Notes under the pieces: generated by a model | What the model was told of the DNA's origin: nothing | Database searches by the model: none | The model's input: the letters and a program-made list of their open reading frames with translations, nothing else | Program-made: the position numbers and the translations under genes | Shown here: positions 37,301-49,600 of the stretch, piece by piece | Layout of the letters: each line of letters begins with the position of its first letter | Position numbering within the stretch: position 1 is the first letter of the stretch | NCBI RefSeq assembly: GCF_003704095.1 | Contig: NW_020846816.1 | Coordinates: 1-64,000, forward strand | Length of the DNA: 64,000 bases | Direction of reading: 5' to 3' | Origin: Pocillopora damicornis | Lineage: Eukaryota

Positions 37301-40300
37301 TGTGGAGTCTTGAAAAGACAGGCTTGTTTAACAGCCATGAGCTTCAGGCCGCTCTTGTGCTTTTCTGTGACTGTTGCAGTCACTTATTGCCGTAAGTAAA
37401 ATTCATCTCATTGAATTTCAACTTGTTTGAACAAGATATATTTCGTTTTGTTCTTTGTAGCTTAGTGCATGCCCCCCTAGCTGTTAAATATTTCAGAGAA
37501 GTTGTCAGGAAAACTTTGTCATGAAACTTCCCCTGTAATCTTAATTCACACGAGAATAATACGAGAAATTCCCAAATGTCTCGCACGTTTCCAGTACACA
37601 CTCCAATAGGAAGATAGCAGTCTAGACCCTTGTAATTCAAATCGGTTGAGACATCAAGATTGCCAGCTCGGTGTCACGATTTTTCCAAACGAAAGCTCTT
37701 CTTGGATAGTAACGTCAGATCGGCCTATACTATACTAGTATATATATACACCTACACTAGTGTAAATAAACAAATACTTCGAGTTGTAATCGAATATCCT
37801 TATGTTGAACTAGTAACTGTTAATTTCTTACCCGTCTAGTTATATAAGTATGAAAATGTAGCCGCTACATTTTATTTCTTTTACCATTTTAACCCATCGT
37901 AGCAAAAAAAACTTTCAAGTACATTTAATTTTGTGGCTCAGTCGGCTAGATTAGCGCCTCAGACGTTCTGAGAAAACTTGCGCCTGTTCCTGTTGTTTTC
38001 CACTACGTTTGCAGATATTAGATTTAAGGTGAAACAATCGAAATTCTACTCTGTGATCAATGGCCAAGTTGCTTTGACACAGTATCTTCAATTGATCACT
38101 ATTCTTAACATCACATATTGATTATTTTTTCACCTTAGCATTGTTGATGATTCTGAAATGTACGAGATACAAAAACCGTTTCGTTTAGACGAGCTGAATA
38201 GAATATCTGCCTTCCTCAATAACTTGGTCTTCAAAATGTTGTGGAACGAGATGGTGGAGGGTATGTTCATGTTTCTTAATTCAAGATGAATGAGTTTTCT
38301 CTTTTTCCAGTCCCCTTCCCTCTACTTAAAACCATTTCTAGAATGAACTTACACAGTAGCCTTCTTTTCTGTAATAAAGTCAGAGTTGTCGTTGTAAATG
38401 TGGGTGCTGCTCGTTTAATATTAGCTCTAGAATTACTCCTCTGTTCTTGTCAATGACTGGTGATGAGATATTTGTCACCAAGAGCCTACTTTCGTGGAAT
38501 TTTTTAGAATCAAGAGAGCAGATGTTGAACTCAGCGCATACATTGCTTATGATATTGTATGACAGAGATTGCAGACGCTCTTTCACCTCTCAAGATCAAT
38601 GGCTTGTTAGGTTAGTAGATATTTTTTACGTAAGAACTCGATCTAACCATGTACGGTCAATGCATTTTATGTTCGTGGGCCCTGTCCATCGCGGCTTAGC
38701 CTCAGTAATCGGATGGGCGAGGAAAAATCATTTAGATCTCCGCTTTAAGGCTTGGCCCAATGTATACATCTGACTTTCATTATTACGTTACTGGCCATTC
38801 TACCAATGGCGGTTTAGGGACGATGTAAGGAAACATTAAAACAAACTTTCATAGAGCGCCGTCAAAGAAATACACTTAGAGCAACATGGAATATATCCAA
38901 CATGTAACAGGGCGAAGTCTTCTGGGACCACCATGATAGAAGGCCAGCGCCCAAACTGCCCGGCCATGCTACCCTCTTAACCATTTTTCAGTATTTCAAA
39001 AGACCATTGTCGAGACAAATTTATCATTTTTGAATCATTCAGAGAGGAAAGAACATCTTAGTTGACGAAAAATCACAACACTCAGATTGCGGCCTTTAAG
39101 TTTTCATTTTGTACAAATGCATACTATTGTTGTGGACACAGGTGCCTTTAGTTCCGTAAATTTATATTTATTTGTCTGCCCTCCTTTTACACCATAGGAG
39201 CATTAAAACGAGTACGTTTGTATCAGAACTTGAAAAGCGGAAGAAAGGCGCCCTGATGGTGATTCAGAAAATACCACATGTTCTGCCTCATAGAGAGGTA
39301 TGCTAACTTATTTTTAATTTATTCCCTTTAGCTGTTTGCGAGGTTACTGCAACACAAATTATTTCAGCTTGTGCTGTTCACAGAGGTCGTTATTATCGAA
39401 GCCTACTGTTATCAATGTTGATCCACTTTTCTTGATACGTTAATATTCTGCAGAGGGTACAACTGTTTAGGAAGTTGGTCACCAAAGACAAAGTGGAACT
39501 TGGTATCACTCGTCCCTCAGATGATTTTTTTCCTCAAGGGACGCTTATTACAGTTCATCGAGCGAGACTGTTGGAGGTGAAGCACGTTTTTATGTCGCTT
39601 GCTGTGAATTCCTAGGGAAACAATACCGTTATCTTTTATGCTCGTCAGCAGGAGTGGTAAACCTTTCAGAAATTCATTATTCTACTTAACGTTTCTTTCA
39701 TTTTGCAAGAGATAAGTATTTCATTTACTTTAGGCTACATTTACGTTAGTTTTAATAGACATTATGTTCAAAAGAAAGAGCTGTAAAGGAACACAATCCA
39801 TAGTGAAAACGAAAAACGACGTATTCAGCTGTTAATTCTGTTACTCGTGAAGAGTACACGGCAAAATTTAGTTCATAAAGTTTAAACCTTTTCCTCACGT
39901 CGCTGCAAATCAATTGTCCAGTTGTGTATAAATTTGAATAGATACATTTTGTGTGACATTTGTCAATTTTTGTCTCTTGAACTGATCAGGATGGCTATGA
40001 ACAGCTGGCCTTGCTCCCAACTCGTTCATTTAAAGGAATCATCCGTGTCAGATTCATTAATGAACAGGTGAGTGTTTTTGGACGGAATAACAGAATAAAG
40101 AAGACCTTTAAAAATAAATTTGGAATGACACACGGTACTGGTTTACACATTCTGCATAATTTAAACTGTGGTTTGAGTTTGCTTTTTGTTACAAATAGGG
40201 TCTTTCCGAGGCTGGTATTGACCAAGATGGTGTGTTTAAAGAGTTCCTTGAGGAGGTGGTAAAAAAAGGATTTGATCCCTCACTTGGTTTATTTAAGGTT

Positions 40301-43300
40301 AGAAGAGTTGTGTAGAAAAAAACTGTTCTGTGGCAAATAAGTGTGGCTGTGTATTTCCAGAAATTTACGTTAGTGTGTGTCATAATTGTTCGAAGTTATG
40401 AGTTGTGTTAAGAAATAACATTGATATCATAGATAAAAGGGGGGGGGGGGATTCTAAGCTAAAGCACATGATAATTTGGAGTGATCATTTACTGACCATC
40501 TCACTTCCTGTCCATTAAACCGTTTGACATTTAAACAATAACATAGCTAATTGTAAACAAGGACAGACTGAAATTTAAGTCGCAAATGAAAAGCAACATC
40601 CCTAGTTACAACGGTTAGAAAACCATGCATTTCTTGATTTTTCCCCCTTCCCACCCCTGTGCAATGTTCATTGATTAATTTTATGCGGTGTATTGATCTG
40701 ACAATATGCTTTTACTTGGAACTAAACCTATTAAATTGACATTGAATTGCATTAAGTTAGAAGAACTGTTACTTGAATGTTGGTGAATCGAACAATAATG
40801 TCGTGTTACTTCTAGATGACCAGTGGCGAGGAAGAGCGATTATTTCCGTCAAGCACATCGTTTATTCACAACAATCATTTGAAATTGTTCGAGTTCTTGG
40901 GTAAGGTGCTGGGCAAAGCTCTGTACGAAGTAAGTAGAGATTACCTAAATCCATCTTTGTTAGAACCATTACCGTTTCCGTGGGTTGGAGTTACCAACTT
41001 TGAAAAAATGATACTTGCCAACTGTTAAGGTGTTCTTTTTGTATAGCCACTAATTCATGCCTGCTGTGTATGCTTCATTCCATTTAGGGTATGGTCGTCG
41101 AAGTACCGTTTGCATCATTTTTCCTCAACCACATTCTTAGTCGACAGCACAGCGGTTTGTACAGTTCAATAGACGAACTGCCTTCACTTGATCAGTCACT
41201 GTACAAAAGTTTATGCTTCATCAAGGTTTGCATCTTTAATGAACATTTTACTTCAAATTTACATGTGTTATAAGAGATAAATCAAGTTAACTCCGCCTTG
41301 TGTAAGTCAACTAGGAGAGAGCACCGGGGTTTGATCTCCCAACAGGACCAACACCTGGGGTCTGAAAATAAATTAGGACAAAGTTCTGCTTTTACAGTCA
41401 ACAAATTGGACCCTTGTTGGTAAAGAATAGGGCACAGAGTTGCCGGTGTTGCGGTGCGGTTTTTCTCTATTATGATTTCATCGTTGCATGGATAGGAAAA
41501 TGCATGGATAGGAAAATGCATGGATAGGAAAATGCATGGAGATTTTGGCTGATAACAACAATTTAAAAATCTGAGAGTAGATGAAGTACGAACTCTGCTT
41601 AACTAGTGAGCTTATCTTACCTTACTCTATTTTTTCGAACAGACCCATTCCCACTTCCTACCATCGATAGCCTTTTACGTCATTAAATCCTTCTTTTTCG
41701 GTATGGAAGGATATTAGCAATACATTAAATTTTGAATAACTTAATAATTCAAAATCATTGATAGTAAGAGAACTGAGTCGAGTGAAAGAATAATGAAAAA
41801 GTGAACACGATTCGTTAACTAATATTAAATATAACAAATGAAAAAGCCTTGAGAGTGCTTTCTTCTGGTGTCAAACTTATAGGAAGCGGTTAGTTATGTG
41901 TGACATTCTTTCTTTATTTTCAGCATTATGATAGCGACGTTCGAGATCTCGAACTGTCATTTTCCTTTGACGAAGATGTTCTTGGCAAGGTAGGATCTAA
42001 CTCTTAGCGTTTGCTTGGCCCAGAACTAACCTTCTTCCCTGGCTCAGCCAAATCTGATATTCAACCATTATGATCACAAGGCCATAACACTTTTCCGAGT
42101 TACTATTAAACTTCTCTTTTGATTCATCTATGGACTCAATACCAGGCTTCTGAATCAAGACTGGGACATACGTTATAAGATGAAGGCTTATTTACAAGGT
42201 CTCTATTTTGAATATTTGAATATTGAATATTTTTTGGCTAATTTTTGTGTTACGTTCAGGTGATCACTCATCAACTCATGCCAGGCGGAAATGTTATTCA
42301 AGTCACAAATGATAATAAGTGAGTGGAGTTCTGCATCCTATCCACTAAGTAATTCGTTTGGACCTCTAATTTGATTCAACGTTACAACTTTTACAAACAA
42401 TATCCTCAACGTTTCAAGAAAGTGTTTTTGCTTAAAGTTGCAAAAGTGAGCTCGCAGTAACAGAATGAAGGAAAGTTATAGAACATAATCAACTGTTCAT
42501 GGCTCAATTTCCAATGGCTGAATACACTGGTGTACGAACATCTATATGTTTTTGTGGGTCGTATGAACAATTTCAGAGTGTCACTTGAGGTTCATTGTGC
42601 TACAATTTTCTCGAGGTTGGGTTGTGCTCACATACGCTCAGAACAATATTTTCTATTGTAAGATCTAAAATGTTGTTCCTCATCCTGGGAAAGTTCATTT
42701 CAGGCCAATGTTTTTGACAGCTCTCCGCGCGATTAAGAATGATATTGATCCAAAATGGGCGCCAAGATATGACATCATTCGCTGTTAATCAATCTCAATT
42801 AACACTTTATGTCGTTGAACTTGACCTGTTAAGTTTTCTATATTTTCATGCAGGATAAGTTATGTCCATTTGATGGCTCACTATCGCATGTGTGTTCAAA
42901 TCCGGGAACAAACGGCAGCCTTTATACGGGGTTTCAAATCTATCGTGCGACATGATTGGTTGCAGATGTTTTCCGGTCCTGAACTTCAGAGACTCATTTC
43001 CGGTGACAATGCTGCAATGGATCTTGGTGACTTGAGGTATCGTAAGTCGTAATGATTATAAGTGGCAGTAAAAGGTTAAGATAAAGTTTGAAGTCACAGT
43101 GAAGTGAAGTTTCGATTCTAGAAACATGATCTTATTTAACTACTCTTCTTTCTTCAGGAAGCATACCTTAGTTGAAAAAACCATCTTTCATCTTCGACCG
43201 TAGTCCCGCAGGTTATGAACCAATATGGTGGACCCTAGGAAGTTCTGTCATAAACCTTTTGAGAGACTGCTGCTTATTTTAAATTCAGGCAAAGATTTCT

Positions 43301-45222
43301 GAGCTCAAACTTTTTTTCTCTATTTCTTTCTTTTTAACACAAGAAAAATAATATCATGTTATCACGATTGTAAGTTGTCCTTTGATGAGTGTTGTGTTAT
43401 CCAACCTAGATCAACCCATGGTTTAACTCCGCGAGGAAAGTTTGTATTTGTTGCCTTTTTAATTTTGTAGACGTCACACAAGATACTATGGTGGTTACCA
43501 TAGCAATCACAGAGTAGTCAACTGGTTATGGGATGTACTGGAGAAAGACTTTTCCGAGGACGAAAAATCCAGATTTCTTAAGGTAGGGTTTTCATTGTTC
43601 ACTCGTCATAATCCTCGCTAAAGCAAGAAGTTCGCCTGTTAAGTTTGGTTAGGGTTTAATACAGTTTTTTTTAGTTTTTGTTCGATGGTAAAATAAACTG
43701 TTTATCCCCCTAATTTTCATATTCATTTCCATTTCGTATCCTTGACCACTGTTCTACAATTCGCCTTGCCTGTCTTTGGTAACCTCAGCTTCAAAAATGA
43801 TTCGCCGCTTGGTAGACATATGAATAATGACCCTAACACTCTCATGACTGGGACGTCAATTGGTGAACAGAAAGCTCAGATAATTCCCCACAATATTACA
43901 TCGCAAGGGCGTAATGTATTTTGTGGTCAGTAGTTCAAGCTCACAAACTTCTCCTTGTCTACCCGCAGTTCGTTACGAGTTGCTCGAAACCTCCGTTGTT
44001 GGGATTTGCTCATCTGGAGCCTCCATTCTCCGTTCGATGTGTGGAGTGTAATGATGACGAGGTGAGTGATTACTTAATCAAAACGTGATTAGCTTCGTAC
44101 TTCTCTGTACAAAATCAGTCAAGATCATCCGATGACTCGCTTGACGGTTCGCTCATCGTAGCGACTTTCCTAGCATGCCAGATTTCTTTGACTAACTCGT
44201 CTGGTGGGCCTTTTTCTGCAATTTTGTTATGCCCATCGCTACTAATTGCCAGAAAACGTCAACCATTTAGGCTAGCTTGTTTTGTTGCATGGCTGCTCAG
44301 AATTGTCGATAACAAAGATGCTTGGCTTCGGACAAAGGAAAAACTGAAGGAGCAAATAGGCAAAAAATCTTCACGAGTTTCCACGCACGTAAAGATGGTG
44401 AAATTTACTCTTGCTTTCCGCTGGCAATGAAATTTGCTGAAATCGGTGCTCAAAACCTAAACGTATGAACAGAAGGGTGTGAGCGTGGTAACGCTAAAAG
44501 GGTAATTGCATCTTTATAATACCCCATTCAAGCGGCGGTGTTGAGGTAAAGAGAAAATGCAGTTACGATAGAATTAATTCTAACCTTAAGTGGACCTTAT
44601 GTGTTGCCTGACTTAGCTCCGACCGAAAATATTCAGGACCCTTCTTGCTGTTGATTGATTTTCATACCCGTTGACCAAACGGTATTAATTCCACCCTCCC
44701 CTCCGAAAATAAAAATTCCTGAAGTTGAGAAAAAGCCTACCAGAGATTTTTCTTGAGCGTCGCCAAATAACGTTGAAAGAGGACTTCGCTGTAAGTTAAA
44801 CATATTAATGTCGATTTCCATGCCATGCTCACTGTTTCAAACTTCAATCCTATTGTGAACGTGTCAAAATTGTTTAAATGCTGAGAGAGAAAGTTAGTTT
44901 TTGAGCGCTCTGATTGGGAGCTTAAGAAAATTTTATCAAACAGCCAACTCAAGTTGGACGGAGAAGTAAAGTTACTGCTGATTTATCGATTCAATGAGTT
45001 ATTCAAAAACTCCTCGTTTTTTCCTAGGATGAAGGTGACACTGTTGGCAGCGTGTTTCGCGGGTTTTTCAGCGTTGGCCGGCGGCGTGATCCAGTTGGGA
45101 GACTACCCACCTCATCTACTTGTTTCAATTTGCTCAAACTTCCCAACTATAGGAAGAAAAGCACACTCAAAGAGAAGCTCCGTTATGCAATCAACGCCAA
45201 CGCAGGATTTGAACTTTCATAA
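22328..45222 (+). CDS. UBE3B: HECT E3 ubiquitin ligase UBE3B (IQ motif plus C-terminal HECT), ~1056 aa
   Basis: 32 GT-AG exons with consistent phases: 22328-22441, 24265-24314, 25629-25678, 26159-26223, 26449-26508, 27433-27537, 27662-27709, 29696-29747, 30361-30446, 31571-31653, 32538-32643, 33262-33382, 33571-33605, 33760-33789, 34340-34452, 35701-35837, 36423-36578, 37217-37391, 38139-38260, 38508-38610, 39198-39297, 39454-39576, 39990-40067, 40199-40297, 40816-40929, 41088-41225, 41924-41989, 42260-42318, 42854-43036, 43471-43582, 43969-44061, 45028-45222. Diagnostic peptides: [85 protein letters not shown]...GFELS*. An alternative in-frame ATG is at 22322. Confidence 0.95.
27872..29319 (-). 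mobile_element. Non-autonomous TIR DNA transposon (Merlin-like termini) in UBE3B intron 7, carrying a cargo ORF
   Basis: ~44-bp TIRs GGTAATTGTGAAGAAGAGC(A/T)CCCCAAAAAACCTGT(C/A)GGCTGACA at both ends. 8-bp TSD GGTATTTA (27864-27871) / AGTATTTA (29320-29327). Subterminal 11-bp AACCTGTCGGT tandem repeats on both sides. The element itself is directly visible; the superfamily is inferred. Confidence 0.88.
28173..28994 (-). pseudogene. Intronless transposon-borne CCDC106-like gene (Cys/His cluster, coiled coil, CCDC106-type C-terminal domain), 273 codons with 3 in-frame stops
   Basis: The 147-aa ORF 28551-28994 continues in the same frame: ...[55 protein letters not shown]...[39 protein letters not shown]. 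It resembles the recalled CCDC106 C-terminus (RYKKIL.TF...KSMSRAF...VDRNT....PIAEL.IV...LKKSKLLLPI). Stops are at 28551-28553, 28374-28376 and 28287-28289. Confidence 0.72.
30676..30737. repeat. 26-bp tandem duplication (ATAAATTTCAGTGTATCTCATGTGGA) x~2.4
   Basis: Directly visible. Confidence 0.85.
31070..31405 (-). mobile_element. Two tandem decayed tRNA-derived SINE copies, same family as 46968-47160
   Basis: AAAAATCTGAGTCCCC...AGACCTTCAGATTC...CTCTACCACTGAGCTAC, repeated in more decayed form from ~31226. Confidence 0.6.
31820..32475. repeat. Degenerate ~18-bp minisatellite (GTTGGACCATTTTATCTA-like)
   Basis: Many GACCATTTTA/TTTATCTAG units, clustered at 31820-31945 and 32205-32475. Confidence 0.65.
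34578..34672. repeat. Perfect 17-bp GC-rich minisatellite (CCTACTGCAGGGTGGGC) x5.6
   Basis: Five identical units plus CCTACTGCAG, in UBE3B intron 15. Confidence 0.95.
41486..41540. repeat. 16-bp tandem repeat (GCATGGATAGGAAAAT) x~3.4
   Basis: Directly visible. Confidence 0.9.
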
Positions 45223-46698
45223 TCGACGACAGTGAAACAGGAACAGGCCCTTTATTTGTTGCCCCCAAAGATCCATTCTCAGATCTATCGCCTCGCAAAG
45301 CTACCTTTAACTTATAGGAAGCTTCAAAATATTGCTGTAGTTGGTAATAAACAAAGGTCAGTGAGATGATTATCTAAAACATTGAAGGAAAATTTGAGCT
45401 ATTTTGCTTAACGAAGTTACTTCAGTGCTGAATGAGACTTGGGTCGGTAAAGCAGATCTCAGTCAATGTTCTTTTTATTTCTATGAAAATTGGTTTATAT
45501 GAAAAATAAATGTACATACACATTTTTAGCGTTTTACAATTAAATTACTTTCTTTGTGTTTGACTATAATGTAATAGAAACCTTGCCATGAATTATAGAA
45601 GATACCCAACCCATCAGATGAAGAGTACAAGCTGCAGTGCAGTCAAATTTACTTGATTTTTTTTTAGTGCGTTAGTAATCGGTGCACAAAACTGACAAAT
45701 CTGGTTATGGGAATGCGAATAATCTAAAACTGTTTCAAAGCGATGAAATGAAACCACGAACCTGCATGAAGTGGAAGCTATGTTTTTAAAAATGCCGCCA
45801 GATTATTTTAGTAGAACACAGTTCTAGTTAAAATTAGTTTTTATCAAGTAGTTACTTTGTAGTGTGTTAAAATGAAAACTGAATGTACCGTTAGTAGCTC
45901 TGACGCTTTCCTTGCTGCTCTTTGGTTGGAAATGTACATGTACATTCGGCACTCAGTTCTCTGAGGTGTTCATGCCAAAAATAGCGTCAGAATATGAGGT
46001 TTACCCAAGCAACTAAAATATCTTGTCGTGCGACGAGATTTAATCAGTGTCTCGCTTAGCATTACTTGGCTCTCTAATTGGTTGAAAGTGATAATTATTA
46101 CGAAACACACAACCACTCCAATTCGCAGACAAGACAGTAGGGTTCCCCTGGCGCTGTTCAACTGTACTTGTGCTAAGCCTATATTCGTAGACTTGTTCTT
46201 TTCGTGTATTGCAGTTGGCCATTTTGATTGTTTTTTTAATATTGAGTGACATCACCCGACCAAAACTGAAATTTGCACTGCGTTCTACGTAATACTCTGG
46301 AACTGAGTAAATATGTTGGGTCGAGTTCTTTGCTTAAAGATAAAACAACAAACTTTATAAAAATTTTGAGGCAGCTTCCAAATCCATTTAAATACCGCAA
46401 AGTCGACAAAAGGACTCTCTCCAGCAACATAAACTCTGTGGGAAGTGTCTTCGCAATGCCTCGCAGGTCCTCAGTGGATGAGACTCTTTCGCTTTCCGTT
46501 GTCATCCAGTTGTGGTTCACCTTGAAGTTATTTATCATTTTTCATCGACCCGTCTCTCCTCCATGGACGTTGGCGGGCATACCTTTTTAATCTTTTCCGT
46601 AAGTTGTAACGTTCTTTGGAAATAAGATGGAAGTAAGGGCGTTTCGCAAGGATGAACAAATTGTTTGATTCTTTTTCGGATAGGAACAATAAACTTAA

Positions 46699-49600
46699 TT
46701 AATGCTTTGGTATGGTGTTGAATATTTTGAGCGCCGGTCCAAGCTTGATCTTAAGAATATTGACGATATCGTTCTGCGTCAGCAAGAGGAAAGCTTCTCC
46801 GTCGATCAGCTGAAAGATAACAAATAAACGTTATGCTGAAGCTCGGCAAGGTAAGGGGAGAAGAGGACTACAGAAAAACGATCTAATTTACCAATTTGTT
46901 TGACTGGTATACCACCCGTAATGCACCTTCTTTAAGCACTGAATATTCACATCTATGTAATGAATTTAAGAAAATGTTATTCCTCCCTTTGCGAGCGTAG
47001 GACAACGAAAAAATCTGAGTCCCCACGAGGAATCGAACCTCGGACCTTCGGATTCCTCTCTCCGATGCTCTACCACACTTGAGACCATAATGCTCTACCA
47101 CACTGAGACTCTATGGTGAGTTACTTATGACTAGTTTCACATGTGAAATGCGTCCTGCAAAGTACTTGCATGAGTTAGGATCAAGTATTGAAAGTGGTCT
47201 GGGAATTGCTTATAACACACATGTAAACACCTGCCGTCCACCTTCATCGCCACCACTTCACTAAATTCTGAGTTCTAGCAATGCAAAATGACGGTCGGGT
47301 ACACAGACAGTCCACGAAAAAAACGCCTTAAAATACACGCTGTAAATGTACAATGACAATACACGGTAATGGCAATAAATATCTTAAAAATGTACCTGGT
47401 CTCCAAATATCTTAGCCTGTTCCGTGCAGCCGAGCGCGCGCACGTGACTCATAACGTCATCCACAGTCCACTTAATCATTCGTTGCCTTTCGTTGGAGGC
47501 CACCGAGTCATTTTCTAAACTGATGGCGGCCTTCAGCTCGCTGAGACCCATCATGGAGAACTGGCTTCCCAAAGGCCAGGGAAACGAGAACGGTGTGACA
47601 TGCTGAACAGCCTTGTCTGCGTCTGAGACGACAAAAAAATCATAGCCACAAACGTTTAGCAAAGTTATCAGGCAATATTTTTACATTTTGACGGACCTCA
47701 AAAACAGAATGGTAGACTCTAGCTTGATTACAGGCAGTAGATAAATTCTTGAAACCCTGGAAAATTTAGTTTAACAGTTCGATGATTTGTATATCAAAGA
47801 AGCTACTCAGGAATCCCCTCAAATACTAGCCACTCATCACCTGGACCTCATACCAATTACCGAGTATGAAAAGAATCTAATTAACTGTCGTCTCTTACAC
47901 AAGCAACACTATACATTCTTGAATACAACTAACAGCAGAACTTCAAGGAGAGACTTACTAGTAAGTAATAAGAGTGACTTACACTTCTGGCGCATTCCAT
48001 GGTGTTTCTCTTCTTTACCAAAAACTTTCCTGTGTGAACAAAGAACACAAAGAAACTTTTACTTGAACCCGTAGTTATGCACTGACGACTCGAAACAAAT
48101 TGGTTGCTTGACTTAGTGTAACATGCCTTCGAGATTTCTGATCATGAAAAACTATTTCATGACAGTTTCAATAGAGAACTTTGAAGTTGACCTTTTAAGC
48201 ACTTCCTATAATCCAAAAAGGTGCAAATGATTCACCGAGGTTAACAAACAGTAAGACAGGTTCTACTACTGAAGGAACAGCGCTGTTTCGATGAATCTGC
48301 AAGCCGTGAACATCCATGCGGCTACTGATCAAATAGGAGATCTCAACAGGATACACAGCTTACCTAGCAGAACTTCGGGTAGATATAATACTTCCACCAA
48401 CCGGTGCTTTGGCACCTGAGTGGACAGAGGGAGGACTGTTGGGGGCGAGGTGTGGAATTTTCTTGAAAACGGGAGACTTGCTGGTATGCTTCGAAAAGAT
48501 CTTGCCTTGGTTTGCTTCATTGTTTGGGCAGCCTGACAGACTACGAAAACAAAATAAGATATTAGACCTGGAGAGAGGCATATGAGTGGCTCTTGGCGCA
48601 GCGAATTATTGTAATTCCTTTGAGTTGTTAGAGCCTGGATACTATTCTAGTCGTTAGATAAAGATATCAGTGGCACAGTTAAACTGTGTGCTTCCCTTCT
48701 ATTAACTCTAGCAGAAGTTCAAGTTTGAGAAGATCTGTTCATGTCTATAACGAACTTAACAACAAATTTACCATGCCTTTAGTCTAAGAGGAAACTGAGG
48801 GCAAGGAAAGCGAAAATATTTGGAAAAACAGAAACAGAAACAGAAACTATACGACAACAATGCAATCGATTTGCGAGAGAAAACCACAACTGATTAACTT
48901 AACGACCTGCTGGACTGGTCTCCCCTTCAGAGGAGAGGGAAAATTGTTCACCGTATGCCATTCTACAAAAGTTATTCATATGAATCAGTTACATCACAAA
49001 GCCAAGTTGTTAACCAAGATTCTTTCACAAAGTTACGACCAAAGGCACTTAGAGATGAATACCAGAATTTTAACCAGCTTATCAAGCATCAACCAGCAAC
49101 CAGCATCAAGTTCCTTTTTAAACTCATTAGTAAAGGTTTGAATAACCCTCTCCAATTTCAAAGTTTTTCCGTGATACGTGCAACATTTTGTAATACTTCC
49201 CCACCCGCCCCACCCTCCTCCTGCATATAGATGTAGCTTACGTGTAATGAGTCTTCCAGTGTCCAGTGACGTGACCCAGGCCATTACATCCTGGTGTGGG
49301 ACACACCCCTTCCACGGTTGGACTTGAAGGAATCTCAGCTGAAACATTAATGGGCAAAAACAGTTCATCATATCAATCTTGTCATGACTAGTCAGTTATT
49401 GCCTCAGCCTTACGTTTTACTTCTTTAAATCCAGTCGTTTTCTGTTTAGAAGCATAGGACCAGTCGGATTCTTCAGTCATGGAGTTGTTGGAGAGCCGAT
49501 CCACTAGGCATGAGTCTTTGTTCAGGTTCTGCAGTGAGTACGGGCAGCCAAACGTGCTGTGATGAGTGGAATACTTAGCGCCCTTTACATGACCAATGCC

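Noticed and set aside
43158-43203. Possible alternative UBE3B exon beginning (R)KHT
   Set aside because: It diverges after three codons and ends in a stop that would delete the HECT catalytic lobe; no support without transcripts.
43736-43746. GTATCCTT/ATATCCTT U12-like donors elsewhere (also ~17609, ~25988, ~37794)
   Set aside because: None coincides with an exon boundary on the transcribed strand.
46236-46590. 100-105 aa ORFs between UBE3B and L3MBTL
   Set aside because: No recognisable domain; the position fits the L3MBTL 3' UTR.
47015-47100. tRNA gene
   Set aside because: It has A/B boxes but no complete cloverleaf, continues into a SINE body, and has decayed relatives at ~31.1-31.4 kb.
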